Origin: Promethearchaeota archaeon
GTDB lineage: Archaea; Asgardarchaeota; Hermodarchaeia; Hermodarchaeales; Hermodarchaeaceae
Reading direction: 5' to 3'
NCBI GenBank assembly: GCA_048939245.1
Contig: JBHLPR010000017.1
Span: 1 to 42,110 of the forward strand
DNA length: 42,110 nt
Below, piece after piece: positions 29,160-38,586 of the stretch (its first letter is position 1; every line of letters starts with the position of its first letter). A model generated the notes under the pieces. The model worked only from the letters and a program-made list of their open reading frames with translations. It was not told where the DNA came from and made no database searches. The translations under genes and the position numbers were made by a program.

Positions 29160-29999
29160 GTGAACCCGATGTCTGAGCCTCCCATTCCGCTTGAACCCCG
29201 CAATGACCCTTTTCAGCACGCACTAAGTAATACCTCAAAGCTCGTGTTTAAACGGCTGCTCCATTTTTCCTCACTGCCTTCCACGAATGCATACTTAAAG
29301 TCCCTAGCAGAGGTGGGAGAACCCGAAGGCCTCATTGTATTAGCAGATGAACAAACTGCAGGGAAGGGGCGACTAGACCGAAGCTGGCATTCACCCCAAG
29401 GAGGCTTATATTTCTCCTTACTTGTTCGCCCCATGACCATTGAAGCCAGCAAAACGCCCCTTATCACATTAACTACAGGCATAGCTCTCGCCCAAGTATT
29501 CCAAAGTGCCTTGGGAGTAAAAGCGGTTTTAAAATGGCCTAATGATGTTCTGTTAGATAACCGTAAAGTAGCCGGAATTTTAGTAGAATCCACTTTCATT
29601 GAAACGGATATCGAATTCGCAGTTATCGGTATCGGTATCAATGTGAACTCAACTCGTACGGATTTCCCTGAAACACTCAGTCCTTTCGCGATAACGCTTC
29701 AAGACAAGCTTAATCGCCCTGTAGATACACCCCGTTTGTTCGGATATCTGATAAGTCAACTTGAGTTTTGGTATATGAAACTTCGTGATAAGGGTTTCAA
29801 GGCAATTGAACCACATTATCAGCAATTATGCATCACACTTGGTAAGACAGTCATAATTGATTTGGGTAATACACAGGTCACAGGGCTTGCAAAAGAGCTG
29901 GCATCTGATGGAGGACTAGTCCTTCAAACTTCAGAAGGTCGCCAGATAATCCGCAGTGGTGACGTGGTTTCCTCAATATCAGCCACTGAGAATGAATAA
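29160..29999 (+). CDS. birA: Biotin-protein ligase (no HTH domain)
   Basis: STN, QTAGKGRLDRSW.SP, KWPND, KVAGIL, GIGIN. Confidence 0.92.
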   Translation: MNPMSEPPIPLEPRNDPFQHALSNTSKLVFKRLLHFSSLPSTNAYLKSLAEVGEPEGLIVLADEQTAGKGRLDRSWHSPQGGLYFSLLVRPMTIEASKTPLITLTTGIALAQVFQSALGVKAVLKWPNDVLLDNRKVAGILVESTFIETDIEFAVIGIGINVNSTRTDFPETLSPFAITLQDKLNRPVDTPRLFGYLISQLEFWYMKLRDKGFKAIEPHYQQLCITLGKTVIIDLGNTQVTGLAKELASDGGLVLQTSEGRQIIRSGDVVSSISATENE

Positions 30000-30051
30000 T
30001 CTCAACAAGCCTTTTAGGGTTCAACTTCTCAGAATCAAGTAGTGAACCATA

Positions 30052-30441
30052 ATGTCACAGCTTGGTATCCAGCTTGCATTACTCTTCTTAGCACAGTTCG
30101 ATTTTGTAGATTCACTATTAAATCTGATTTTTGGTGCCTTTGGCTTGATTTTCGTTCTATTCATCGCTATCTTTGTCGGTGTTTTCATTTTCGCTTTCTA
30201 CATGATCTGTAAGAGTATGCGTGCAGCAACCAAAGGCATGGATATCCCTCAAAGTGTTCACTTTGAGCAACACTCCCAAAACGAACGCCAACTCATCAGA
30301 GAAAGCCTCCCTCCTGTCTGCCCTGAATGCGATGCACCTCTGCGATATAATGAGGTAAAATGGACAGGTCCAAGACAGGCTGAGTGTCCCTATTGTGGTC
30401 ACGTCGTTGAATTAGAGGAAACAATCGTGGGAGACGATTAG
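30052..30441 (+). CDS. Membrane-anchored zinc-ribbon protein
   Basis: Hydrophobic N-terminal half followed by CPEC...CPYC. Confidence 0.65.
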   Translation: MSQLGIQLALLFLAQFDFVDSLLNLIFGAFGLIFVLFIAIFVGVFIFAFYMICKSMRAATKGMDIPQSVHFEQHSQNERQLIRESLPPVCPECDAPLRYNEVKWTGPRQAECPYCGHVVELEETIVGDD

Positions 30442-30476
30442 AAAAAATGCAGGTGACCAGCTCAGGGCTAGTCACC
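30442..30476 (-). terminator. Hairpin plus T-tract after desulfoferrodoxin
   Basis: - strand GGTGACTAGC-CCTGA-GCTGGTCACC (10-bp stem with one G-U) followed by TGCATTTTTT. Confidence 0.5.
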
Positions 30477-30506
30477 AACTCATGTGGTTACTGGTTGCAT
30501 TTGGTC

Positions 30507-30884
30507 CTAGCTAGTCTTCCAGAGTAGGTGAATGTTACAGTATTCACGAGCCATATCGGGTTTATCTTTCATCGGGAAGTCCGCTTCAGGCTTTTGGCCC
30601 GGTTCTAGGAACTGGCGCATGATCGTTCCATCCTTCACTACTTGAATCCATTCAATCCAGTGGGCATCAACCATCGGATGAGGAGTGGAACCGACGACCA
30701 CGTGAATGCCATCCTTAGTCTCTTCCACAATCGGTACGTGTTTTTCTTTTGTGAAATCTGCTGTCTGTTCCTCCATGAGTTTCATGGGTTGGCCACAGCA
30801 GACAAGCGTTCCTGTACCAGTGTGCAGCACTTCGACAATATTGCCACAAACTTCGCATTTGTAGATTTGAAGTAATTCAGTCAT
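30507..30884 (-). CDS. dfx: Desulfoferrodoxin (2Fe superoxide reductase)
   Basis: Centre I CEVC...CC; centre II EKH, HPM...H, CNIH. Confidence 0.92.
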   Translation of the reverse strand: MTELLQIYKCEVCGNIVEVLHTGTGTLVCCGQPMKLMEEQTADFTKEKHVPIVEETKDGIHVVVGSTPHPMVDAHWIEWIQVVKDGTIMRQFLEPGQKPEADFPMKDKPDMAREYCNIHLLWKTS

Positions 30885-30925
30885 TTCATAATCACCAATA
30901 GATTTTCTATGTACATATTTGATGG

Positions 30926-31201
30926 CTACCTTGATGCGCTCTTAGCTTCCCGTTCTTTTTTCCTTTTGACCATTTCTTGTACATCGTTGTAAATCTCTTC
31001 GCCCACGCATTCTTTCGCGTATTCACAATACTCTACGCAGGACATCATATCATTGTAAATTGTAAAACCACAGTTCTCACAATCCATCTTCACATCATTC
31101 GAAAAGAGTTCGATCTCTTCACCACATTGTGGACAGGTTTTGAAGAGGATGGTAGGCCGTTTCAATGGAGCAGCGCCAGGACAGTCATCGATAATCTTCA
31201 T
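30926..31201 (-). CDS. Small Cys-rich protein (probable Zn/Fe-S binding), unknown function
   Basis: CPG...CPQC...CENC...CVEYCEYAKEC; co-oriented within the oxidative-stress block. Confidence 0.75.
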   Translation of the reverse strand: MKIIDDCPGAAPLKRPTILFKTCPQCGEEIELFSNDVKMDCENCGFTIYNDMMSCVEYCEYAKECVGEEIYNDVQEMVKRKKEREAKSASR

Positions 31202-31252
31202 GGTTATCAGAGAGGCGTTAACACTGTTGACCTTAAAATCCGTTCCCTTTTC

Positions 31253-31555
31253 CTAATCCTGTGCCGACTCATCGTCAGTGGATTCATCGGCGTCTGAGAG
31301 TTGTTCCTGCCCTCCTTTCGACTCGTCATTCGCGTCCGGGGCATAACTCGCAACCTTCTCAATAGCCGCAATTAATTCGTCTTTAAGTTCAAGCGAGATA
31401 CGCACACCCTTTTTAGTGGGACGCCAACTCGCCTCGCCCGCCTGATAATAAATTCGAATATCAATACCCAAAAAGCCTTGCCACTCAGAAAGTGACACCC
31501 AGATTTTTTCAGTTTCACTCCGGGGCAATGCTACGGGTTCACCAACAGTTGTCAT
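31253..31555 (-). CDS. PC4/Sub1-like (p15) ssDNA-binding protein with acidic tail
   Basis: VSLSEWQG...IDIRIYY....W.PTKKGV.I PC4 signature. Confidence 0.85.
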   Translation of the reverse strand: MTTVGEPVALPRSETEKIWVSLSEWQGFLGIDIRIYYQAGEASWRPTKKGVRISLELKDELIAAIEKVASYAPDANDESKGGQEQLSDADESTDDESAQD

Positions 31556-31611
31556 AATATGAACACCTTACCCTCCAATGCTTAGAAGCACTCATAAAAA
31601 TAATTGCATTC

Positions 31612-31669
31612 ACAGAAAAACAAAGAAAAGGCGGACTCAGCACTCCACACACGGGGGCCTAGCCCCGCC
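31612..31669 (-). terminator. GC-rich hairpin plus T-tract after rubredoxin
   Basis: - strand GGCGG...CCGCC closing stem (31630-31669) followed by TTTTCTTTGTTTTT. Confidence 0.5.
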
Positions 31670-31685
31670 AAATTCGTTTAACAAG

Positions 31686-31850
31686 CTAATCTGTAGGCTC
31701 GAACATATCTTTGCCTACACCACAAACTGGGCAGACCCAGTCGTCGGGAATATCTTCGAATGCAGTGCCTGGCTCGATACCACCATCTGGATCTCCTTTT
31801 TCAGGATCGTAGATATATCCACAAGATGTACAGACGTATTTTTGTGCCAA
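31686..31850 (-). CDS. Rubredoxin (54 aa, absent from the ORF track)
   Basis: Translated by hand from TTG 31850: [54 protein letters not shown]; AGGTGA RBS upstream. Confidence 0.95.
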   Translation of the reverse strand: MAQKYVCTSCGYIYDPEKGDPDGGIEPGTAFEDIPDDWVCPVCGVGKDMFEPTD

Positions 31851-31920
31851 ATAAGGTCACCTGATTTTGGTGATTTCGTTTTGAGTTATTATTGTTTGGG
31901 TATTATGAGTGAGTCGCTAA

Positions 31921-32505
31921 TTAGTAGGTTTCGCAAAGCACTTGGAAGTATTTGCGTGCATGGAAGCAGGAGGGACATTGTTCGGGTGGTTCATCACCTT
32001 CGTGGATCCAACCGCATTCTCGACACATCCACCGAGTGGGTTTCTTTTTCTTAAAAACGGTGTTAGCCTCGACTTCTTTAAGTAAGGCTGTGTATCGGTC
32101 AGCGTGGTGGACTTCAGCTTTAGCGATGGCACGTACTTGTTTGGCGATGGCTGTGAAACCTTCTTTTTCAGCGATGTCGGCGATTTCGGGGTACATGGTG
32201 GTGTGTTCGTAGGTTTCGCCTTCAATAGCGGCTTTAAGATTGTCAATAGTGTTGCCGACTTTAAGTGGAGCGAGGGCGTCGACAGTGATTTCGGGCATGG
32301 GTTTGCCAGTTTGTTTCATGACATTATGAGCAGCGCGCCAGAAGTTTTTGGCGTGAACTCGTTCATTATCAGCTGTAACATTGAAGATTTCAGAGATTTG
32401 TTCGTATCCCTCATTCCGGGCAATTTTCGAATAGATATTGTAGCGGTTACGGGCTTGGCTTTCGCCGATGAAGGCTTGAACTAGCCCAATTAAGGTTTTT
32501 GACAT
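31921..32505 (-). CDS. rbr: Rubrerythrin
   Basis: AFIGESQARNRY, ERVH, GETYE, AEVHH di-iron ligands; C-terminal CREC...CPSC. Confidence 0.93.
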   Translation of the reverse strand: MSKTLIGLVQAFIGESQARNRYNIYSKIARNEGYEQISEIFNVTADNERVHAKNFWRAAHNVMKQTGKPMPEITVDALAPLKVGNTIDNLKAAIEGETYEHTTMYPEIADIAEKEGFTAIAKQVRAIAKAEVHHADRYTALLKEVEANTVFKKKKPTRWMCRECGWIHEGDEPPEQCPSCFHARKYFQVLCETY

Positions 32506-32650
32506 GCGTATCTAACCTCGAAGTTATCAACTGGGTTGTAGTTAAGAATCTTTGTGATTTCTGAACGCGGAGATTTTATGTAACCAATTGGGTTTAAGAG
32601 GAGTAGCAGCAGTAGAGGAATCATTCCATGTTAGAAGGAGTGCGATAGAA

Positions 32651-34210
32651 TTGCCTTCAGAAATTATGAATAAGAAAATGAAGGAGCTTCAGAAACACCT
32701 GAAGAAAGCCCAACTTGGTGGTGGAAAAGAGCGCATCGAGAAGCAACATAAGGCTGGGAAAATGACCGCCTGGGAAAGAATCAACCGGTTATTAGATCCT
32801 GGCAGTTTCATGGAGTTTGATGCCCTAGTGGAGCATCGGTGTACTGATTTCAAAATGAACAAACAAAAAATCCCTGGTGATGGGGTGGTGACTGGTTATG
32901 GTACCATTGATGGTCGGCTGGTGTTTGTCTTTAGCCAAGATTTCACAGTGTTTGGTGGGGCTCTGGGGGAAATGTTTGGGGAAAAGGTTACAAAAATCAT
33001 GGATCTTGCCCTCGAAGCAGGAGCTCCAGTGATTGGGTTGAATGATTCAGGAGGAGCGCGCATTCAGGAAGGAGTAGCTAGTTTGGGAGCATATGGTGAG
33101 ATCTTCTATCGCAACGTTATTGCTTCAGGCGTCATTCCTCAAATTAGTGCCATTATGGGTCCCTGCGCTGGTGGAGCAGTCTATAGTCCAGCGGTCACTG
33201 ATTTCACCCTTATGGTGAAAAATACGAGCCGCATGTTTATTACTGGACCTAATGTCATCAAATCAGTTACCGGGGAAGTGATTTCCTTTGAGGAACTAGG
33301 CGGGGCAATGGCTCACAACGTCAAAAGTGGTGTTGCTCAATTCGCTGCTGAAAGTGAAGAACATTGTCTCCAACTCATTCGAAATCTATTGTCATATCTT
33401 CCACCGAACAATATGGAGGACCCGCCGTTTGTAGAACCTACAGATGATTCTCAACGAACTGACCCTGCACTGAACGAGTTGCTTCCTGATGATACAACTA
33501 AACCGTATGATATGAAACAGGCGATTCTGAGTGTAGCAGATAACCATGAGTTTTTGGAAGTTCATGAACTCTTTGCGCAAAACATGGTCGTGGGCTTTAT
33601 CCGCTTGAATGGATATCCGGTTGGCATAGTAGCTAACCAGCCCAACTATTTGGCAGGCACCTTGGATATTAACGCTTCTGACAAATGTGCCCGATTTGTC
33701 CGGTTCTGTGATGCATTTAACATTCCAGTGCTCACATTCATGGACGTGCCCGGATTTCTTCCCGGTGTAGACCAAGAACACCGTGGAATTATTCGCCATG
33801 GTGCGAAAATTCTCTTTGCTTATGCTGAAGCAACCGTTCCCAAAGTTACGGTAATCACGCGAAAAGCCATTGGAGGAGCTTACGTGGTGTTAGGATCTAA
33901 GCATTTACGGGCAGATGTGGTGTATGCCTGGCCCACCACGGAAATGGCGGTTATGGGACCAGAAGGTGCGGCTAATATCATTTTCCGACGCGAAATCGAA
34001 AAATCTAAAGATCCTGAAAAAGCGCGGTCAAAGCGGATTGCCGAATACCGCGAACGATTTGCTAATCCATATTCAGGAGCTGTGCGCGGATTCATTGATG
34101 AGGTCATCGAACCCGCCGTAACTCGATCACGAATCATTGCGGCCTTTGATATGCTCCGTACGAAACGGCAAGCACTTCCCAAAAAGAAACATGGCAACTG
34201 TCCCCTTTAG
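32651..34210 (+). CDS. Acyl-CoA carboxyltransferase (PccB/MmdA/transcarboxylase 12S family)
   Basis: [44 protein letters not shown]; AAGGAG RBS before TTG 32651. Confidence 0.92.
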   Translation: MPSEIMNKKMKELQKHLKKAQLGGGKERIEKQHKAGKMTAWERINRLLDPGSFMEFDALVEHRCTDFKMNKQKIPGDGVVTGYGTIDGRLVFVFSQDFTVFGGALGEMFGEKVTKIMDLALEAGAPVIGLNDSGGARIQEGVASLGAYGEIFYRNVIASGVIPQISAIMGPCAGGAVYSPAVTDFTLMVKNTSRMFITGPNVIKSVTGEVISFEELGGAMAHNVKSGVAQFAAESEEHCLQLIRNLLSYLPPNNMEDPPFVEPTDDSQRTDPALNELLPDDTTKPYDMKQAILSVADNHEFLEVHELFAQNMVVGFIRLNGYPVGIVANQPNYLAGTLDINASDKCARFVRFCDAFNIPVLTFMDVPGFLPGVDQEHRGIIRHGAKILFAYAEATVPKVTVITRKAIGGAYVVLGSKHLRADVVYAWPTTEMAVMGPEGAANIIFRREIEKSKDPEKARSKRIAEYRERFANPYSGAVRGFIDEVIEPAVTRSRIIAAFDMLRTKRQALPKKKHGNCPL

Positions 34211-34352
34211 CAGATTCCAGACCTGTCGAATAACCTATCTTCGTTTGACGGCTTCATTGAGAGAATAGAGAGGAGCATGGAAAGACAGAAGACTAAAAAC
34301 TGGGAAGATTATACCACCTAGCTCCCAGTTTGACCTTCATGGTGTGAATATC

Positions 34353-35864
34353 ATGGTATCATCGGTTTCCAAACCCATTAAGTTCACTGATACGACCTTT
34401 CGTGATGCCCATCAATCCTTGCTTGCGACGCGGATGCGTACCGAAGATATGTTGCCTATTGCCAAAAAGATGGACCAAGTAGGTTTTAACTCGATGGAGG
34501 TATGGGGAGGAGCCACCTTCGATGCCCCGCTTAGATTCTTGAAAGAGAACCCCTGGGAGCGACTCCGACAACTCCGAGCCGTAATAAAGAAAACCAAGCT
34601 CCAGATGCTTCTTCGTGGGCAGAATATTGTGGGATATCGCCATTACCCTGATGATACCGTTCGGAAATTTGTTGAACTAGCAGCTGCCAATGGAATCGAT
34701 ATTTTTCGAGTCTTTGATGCCTTGAATGACCCTCGGAACATGCAAACAGCCTTAAAAGCAATCCACAAAGCAGGTGCACATGCGCAGCTGAGTTTTAGTT
34801 ATACAATTAGCCCGGTTCATAGCGTGGAAACCTTCGTAGAGCAGGCTAAGAATTTAGAACAGATGGGCGCAGATTCCATCTGTATTAAGGATATGGCGGG
34901 ACTTTTGAGCCCGTTTATTGCTCGCGAACTTGCCACTCGGTTAAAAGAGGAAATCGCAGTCCCCATTCAATTGCATTCTCATTACACCTCTGGGATGGCC
35001 AGCATGGCCTATCTTGAAGCGATTAAAGCAGGTGTGGACATCGTTGATACTGCGATTTCATCGCTGGCACAGTCCACATCGCAGCCACCATTAGAAACAA
35101 TGGTGGCTGTTTTAGAAGGAACACCCTGGGACTCAAAATTAGACTTGGAATTGCTATCTGAAATTGCCAGTTATATCCATGATGTGCGGGAACGCTACGA
35201 AGCCTACGAATGCGGTATGGTGGGAGTGGATACCAACGTTCTCCAATTTCAGGTTCCAGGTGGAATGATGTCAAATCTTATCAATCAACTTCGAGAACAA
35301 AATGCCTTAGATCGGTTACAGGATGTGCTCGACGAGGTGCCCCGTGTTCGTGAAGAATTAGGCTTCCCACCACTAGTTACGCCCTCAAGCCAAATTGTGG
35401 GAACTCAAGCCACTCTTAATGTTCTACTAGGTGAACGCTACAAAACTATTCCCGAAGAAGTGAAGCAATATGTCCGCGGTTACTATGGCCGCCCACCAGC
35501 ACCGATAGATCCCAAAATTCAAAAACGGGTCATCGGAAATGAAGAACCAATAACCTGTCGCCCCGCAGATTTGCTCGAACCAGCGATCCCTAAGGCCCGA
35601 CAAGAATTGAAAGGAATTTCCTCCGATATAGAAGATATCATCGCATACATCTTATTCCCCCAACCCGCCCTTGAATTCTTTGAATATCGCAAGGAACAGG
35701 CTGCATTGGAGAAACTAACTCCTGATGTCCTTGCAGCCATTACCGCTGCACTACTTGAAACACAACCAGCCCAAGCTTCAATACCCAATTTCCGTCGCCC
35801 CAATACAAGAGGGGCAAACCCCTGGGTTCTTGCAGGTCGTCGAGAAGCCATGGGATATGACTGA
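34353..35864 (+). CDS. Pyruvate/oxaloacetate carboxyltransferase (OadA/PycB/transcarboxylase 5S family) without biotinyl domain
   Basis: RDAHQSL, WGGATFD, LRGQN, CIKDMAG, HSH, PGGM, VTPSSQIVG; no AMKM motif. Confidence 0.9.
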   Translation: MVSSVSKPIKFTDTTFRDAHQSLLATRMRTEDMLPIAKKMDQVGFNSMEVWGGATFDAPLRFLKENPWERLRQLRAVIKKTKLQMLLRGQNIVGYRHYPDDTVRKFVELAAANGIDIFRVFDALNDPRNMQTALKAIHKAGAHAQLSFSYTISPVHSVETFVEQAKNLEQMGADSICIKDMAGLLSPFIARELATRLKEEIAVPIQLHSHYTSGMASMAYLEAIKAGVDIVDTAISSLAQSTSQPPLETMVAVLEGTPWDSKLDLELLSEIASYIHDVRERYEAYECGMVGVDTNVLQFQVPGGMMSNLINQLREQNALDRLQDVLDEVPRVREELGFPPLVTPSSQIVGTQATLNVLLGERYKTIPEEVKQYVRGYYGRPPAPIDPKIQKRVIGNEEPITCRPADLLEPAIPKARQELKGISSDIEDIIAYILFPQPALEFFEYRKEQAALEKLTPDVLAAITAALLETQPAQASIPNFRRPNTRGANPWVLAGRREAMGYD

Positions 35865-35888
35865 ACCGTTACCAAGGAGGCAAAATCA

Positions 35889-36470
35889 CTGACCCGGAAA
35901 TACACACTCACCGTCAACAACGCAACCTTTGAGGTTGAAGTTGATGGACCTAGTAACGGTATCCTTACTATCATAATCGGTGAAGCCACATTTCCAGTAC
36001 GGGTAATAGAGGGGGATTCGAGTTCGGGAAAATACGAGATTACCGTAGGTGACTTGAAACACACTGTCCACCTTAAACCGAATCCAGATACCTCCGATTT
36101 CACGATTAAAATGGAAAAGGAAAGGTTCATTGCGGCTTTGAAAGCTGAAACAGAAAGGCCTGTCCAAAGTTTCCAACCAGCATCAATATCCCCTACTCCA
36201 TCAACAATGTTAGTACCCACTCAAGTTCCAACTAAAGCCGCTCAAGTGCAAGCTGCCCTCGGAACTGTGACAGCTCCATTACCAGGACGTGTCTTGGAAG
36301 TTCGAGTCAAAAGTGGAGCCATAGTCAAACATGGTGACGTTTTACTCGTTCTAGAAGCCATGAAAATGGCAAATGAAATACGTGCACCGCAAGACGGAAC
36401 TGTGACGAAAATTCATGTTGAAGCAGGAACAGCTGTGGAAAAGGGGCAACCAATGATAAGCATCCAATAA
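35889..36470 (+). CDS. Biotin carboxyl carrier protein
   Basis: EAMKM biotinylation site. The frame extends 5' of the track start to CTG 35889 (LTRKYTLTVNNATFEVEV), 8 nt after AGGAGG. Confidence 0.88.
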   Translation: MTRKYTLTVNNATFEVEVDGPSNGILTIIIGEATFPVRVIEGDSSSGKYEITVGDLKHTVHLKPNPDTSDFTIKMEKERFIAALKAETERPVQSFQPASISPTPSTMLVPTQVPTKAAQVQAALGTVTAPLPGRVLEVRVKSGAIVKHGDVLLVLEAMKMANEIRAPQDGTVTKIHVEAGTAVEKGQPMISIQ

Positions 36471-36570
36471 GATGCATTGCGATTCTTGTAACCCAATGAG
36501 GAGGAATCTCCATATTGGAGAAGTATTTAATACCAACTCCAATTCAATTCAAAGTGGGGTATCGACAGAT

Positions 36571-36705
36571 ATGGCTTGCCCAATGTATGATGCAGAGAAT
36601 AATATGTGTAAACAACTCCAGCGGAGTTTTCCTGAAGGTGCCCGAACTCCCTGTGAGTTCGTAAACGATCCTGCTCAATGTCCCATCTGTATGATGTCTT
36701 CATAG
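36571..36705 (+). CDS. 44-aa Cys-rich protein, unknown function
   Basis: MACPMYD...C...C...CPIC; TATTTAATA and GGGGT elements upstream; T-rich tract downstream. Confidence 0.5.
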   Translation: MACPMYDAENNMCKQLQRSFPEGARTPCEFVNDPAQCPICMMSS

Positions 36706-36879
36706 TCATCGGGTGGGACTTATTTCCTTTTCAATGAGTGAACTAGCCAGCTTTGTTCTTGTTCAGTTTTGAATCGCTAAGAAGGTCTACTGCCAAAACC
36801 ATTAAAATAAAAGTACCCTAACTGAACAATTATAGGACCATTCACTCCGTTGTATGGCTTCCTCGGATGGCGACGCCCA

Positions 36880-38556
36880 ATGGTAACAAAAGAAAAGGAA
36901 CCCGTTTCACAAATGAAACGTGACTGGGAAAAAACGACGTTAAAGAAGACCCTTGAGCAATCCCCAGAACGAAGAGACCGCTTCATCACTACCTCTAGCC
37001 GTCCCATTGCCCGATTATATACACCAATCGATATTGTGGACCTTGACTATGAAGAGCACCTCGGCTTTCCTGGCCAATATCCCTATACACGTGGCGTCTA
37101 TCCTACGATGTATCGAGGACGATTATGGACAATGCGGATGTTTTCTGGTTTCGGAACTGCAGAACAAACAAACGTCCGATTCCGATACTTATTGGAACAA
37201 GGTCAAACCGGGCTCAGTGTAGCCTTTCACCTACCCACCATCCAAGGACTTGATTCTGATGACCCCATGGCGAACGGGGAAATTGGGGTTTGTGGAGTAG
37301 CCGTCGATTCTCTAGCGGACATGGAGATTTTATTTTCTCAAATACCTCTTGACAAAGTTACCACCTCCATGACCATCAATGCCCCAGCAGCGGTCCTCCT
37401 TTGTCTCTATATTGCAGCAGCCGAAAAGCAGGGAGTACCGTCTACCAAGGTTGGGGGCACCATTCAGAATGATATCTTGAAAGAGTACCAGGCTCAAAAG
37501 ACCTGGATTTTCCCGCCTGATCCGTCCATGCGCATCATAACTGATATCTTACAGTTTTGCACTAAGAAGGTACCCCGGTGGAACACGATAAGCATCAGTG
37601 GTTACCACATCCGGGAAGCTGGGGCTACAGCGGTTCAAGAATTAGCTTTCACTCTTGCCAATGGCTTAGCATATGTGCAAGCTGGTGTTAATGCAGGGTT
37701 GAAAGTTGATGAATTTGCACCACGCCTATCCTTTTTCTTCGATAGCCACCTTGATCTCTTTGAAGAAATTGCGAAATTCCGTGCAGCTCGGCGTATCTGG
37801 GCTCGTGAAATGCAAGAACGCTTCAAGGCGAAGAATCCCCGATCGTATCTATTACGATTCCATACTCAAACAGCCGGAGTGAGCCTCACAGCCCAACAGC
37901 CTGAAAACAACATCATCCGCACCACAATTCAAGCATTAGCAGCGGTTTTAGGTGGAACCCAGTCGTTACACACCAATTCTATGGATGAAGCTTGGGCTCT
38001 ACCAACTGAAAAAGCCGCCACGATTGCGTTGCGAACACAACAGATTCTCGCTCACGAAAGCGGCGTAGCTAATACCATCGACCCCCTAGGGGGATCCTAT
38101 TTCATTGAAGCACTCACCAACGAAATGGAAGAGGAAACCTACAAATATTTTGATCAAATCGAGAAACTTGGGGGAGTTGTGGAATCCATTAAGAAAGGCT
38201 TTTTCCAACGAGAGATAGCAGATTCAGCCTTCCGTTATCAACGTGAAATTGAAGAAAAGGAACGCATCATCGTAGGTGTAAACGATTATATCACCGATGA
38301 TATGCTGGAAATTCCAGTCCTTAGAATCGACCCGGAAGTTGAACGGGTACAACTTAACCGTTTACAAAAGACACGAAAGAGTCGGAATAACCAAAAAGTC
38401 GAACATTTATTGAATCGGTTACGAAAGGCAGCCGAGGGAACAGAGAACCTCCTGCCACATATCTTGGCCGCTGTCCGAGAATACGCAACCATCGGAGAGA
38501 TTTGTAACGCGTTGCGTGATGTGTATGGTGAGTACCAAGAACCAATTATATTCTAA
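36880..38556 (+). CDS. Acyl-CoA mutase large subunit, isobutyryl-CoA-mutase-like
   Basis: Paralogue of 25734..27407 with RMFSGF (Phe) and KEYQAQK (Gln) at the two specificity positions. Confidence 0.85.
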   Translation: MVTKEKEPVSQMKRDWEKTTLKKTLEQSPERRDRFITTSSRPIARLYTPIDIVDLDYEEHLGFPGQYPYTRGVYPTMYRGRLWTMRMFSGFGTAEQTNVRFRYLLEQGQTGLSVAFHLPTIQGLDSDDPMANGEIGVCGVAVDSLADMEILFSQIPLDKVTTSMTINAPAAVLLCLYIAAAEKQGVPSTKVGGTIQNDILKEYQAQKTWIFPPDPSMRIITDILQFCTKKVPRWNTISISGYHIREAGATAVQELAFTLANGLAYVQAGVNAGLKVDEFAPRLSFFFDSHLDLFEEIAKFRAARRIWAREMQERFKAKNPRSYLLRFHTQTAGVSLTAQQPENNIIRTTIQALAAVLGGTQSLHTNSMDEAWALPTEKAATIALRTQQILAHESGVANTIDPLGGSYFIEALTNEMEEETYKYFDQIEKLGGVVESIKKGFFQREIADSAFRYQREIEEKERIIVGVNDYITDDMLEIPVLRIDPEVERVQLNRLQKTRKSRNNQKVEHLLNRLRKAAEGTENLLPHILAAVREYATIGEICNALRDVYGEYQEPIIF

Positions 38557-38586
38557 AATTAGACGAACGAATAAAGGTAGAAATCT

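Noticed and set aside
31630-31669. GC-rich hairpin as tRNA, SECIS or riboswitch
   Set aside because: Too short for a cloverleaf, lacks recognisable motifs, and its position and T-tract fit a terminator.
31578-32054. 158-aa + strand ORF
   Set aside because: Antisense shadow of rubredoxin and rubrerythrin.
35862-35864. Selenocysteine at the in-frame TGA
   Set aside because: It is not a catalytic Cys position, no SECIS-like element was recognised, and a strong RBS explains independent initiation.
35519-36220. Long antisense ORFs (also 17347..17997, 13983..14558, 23680..24189, 29213..29641)
   Set aside because: They overlap well-supported genes on the opposite strand and carry no motifs.
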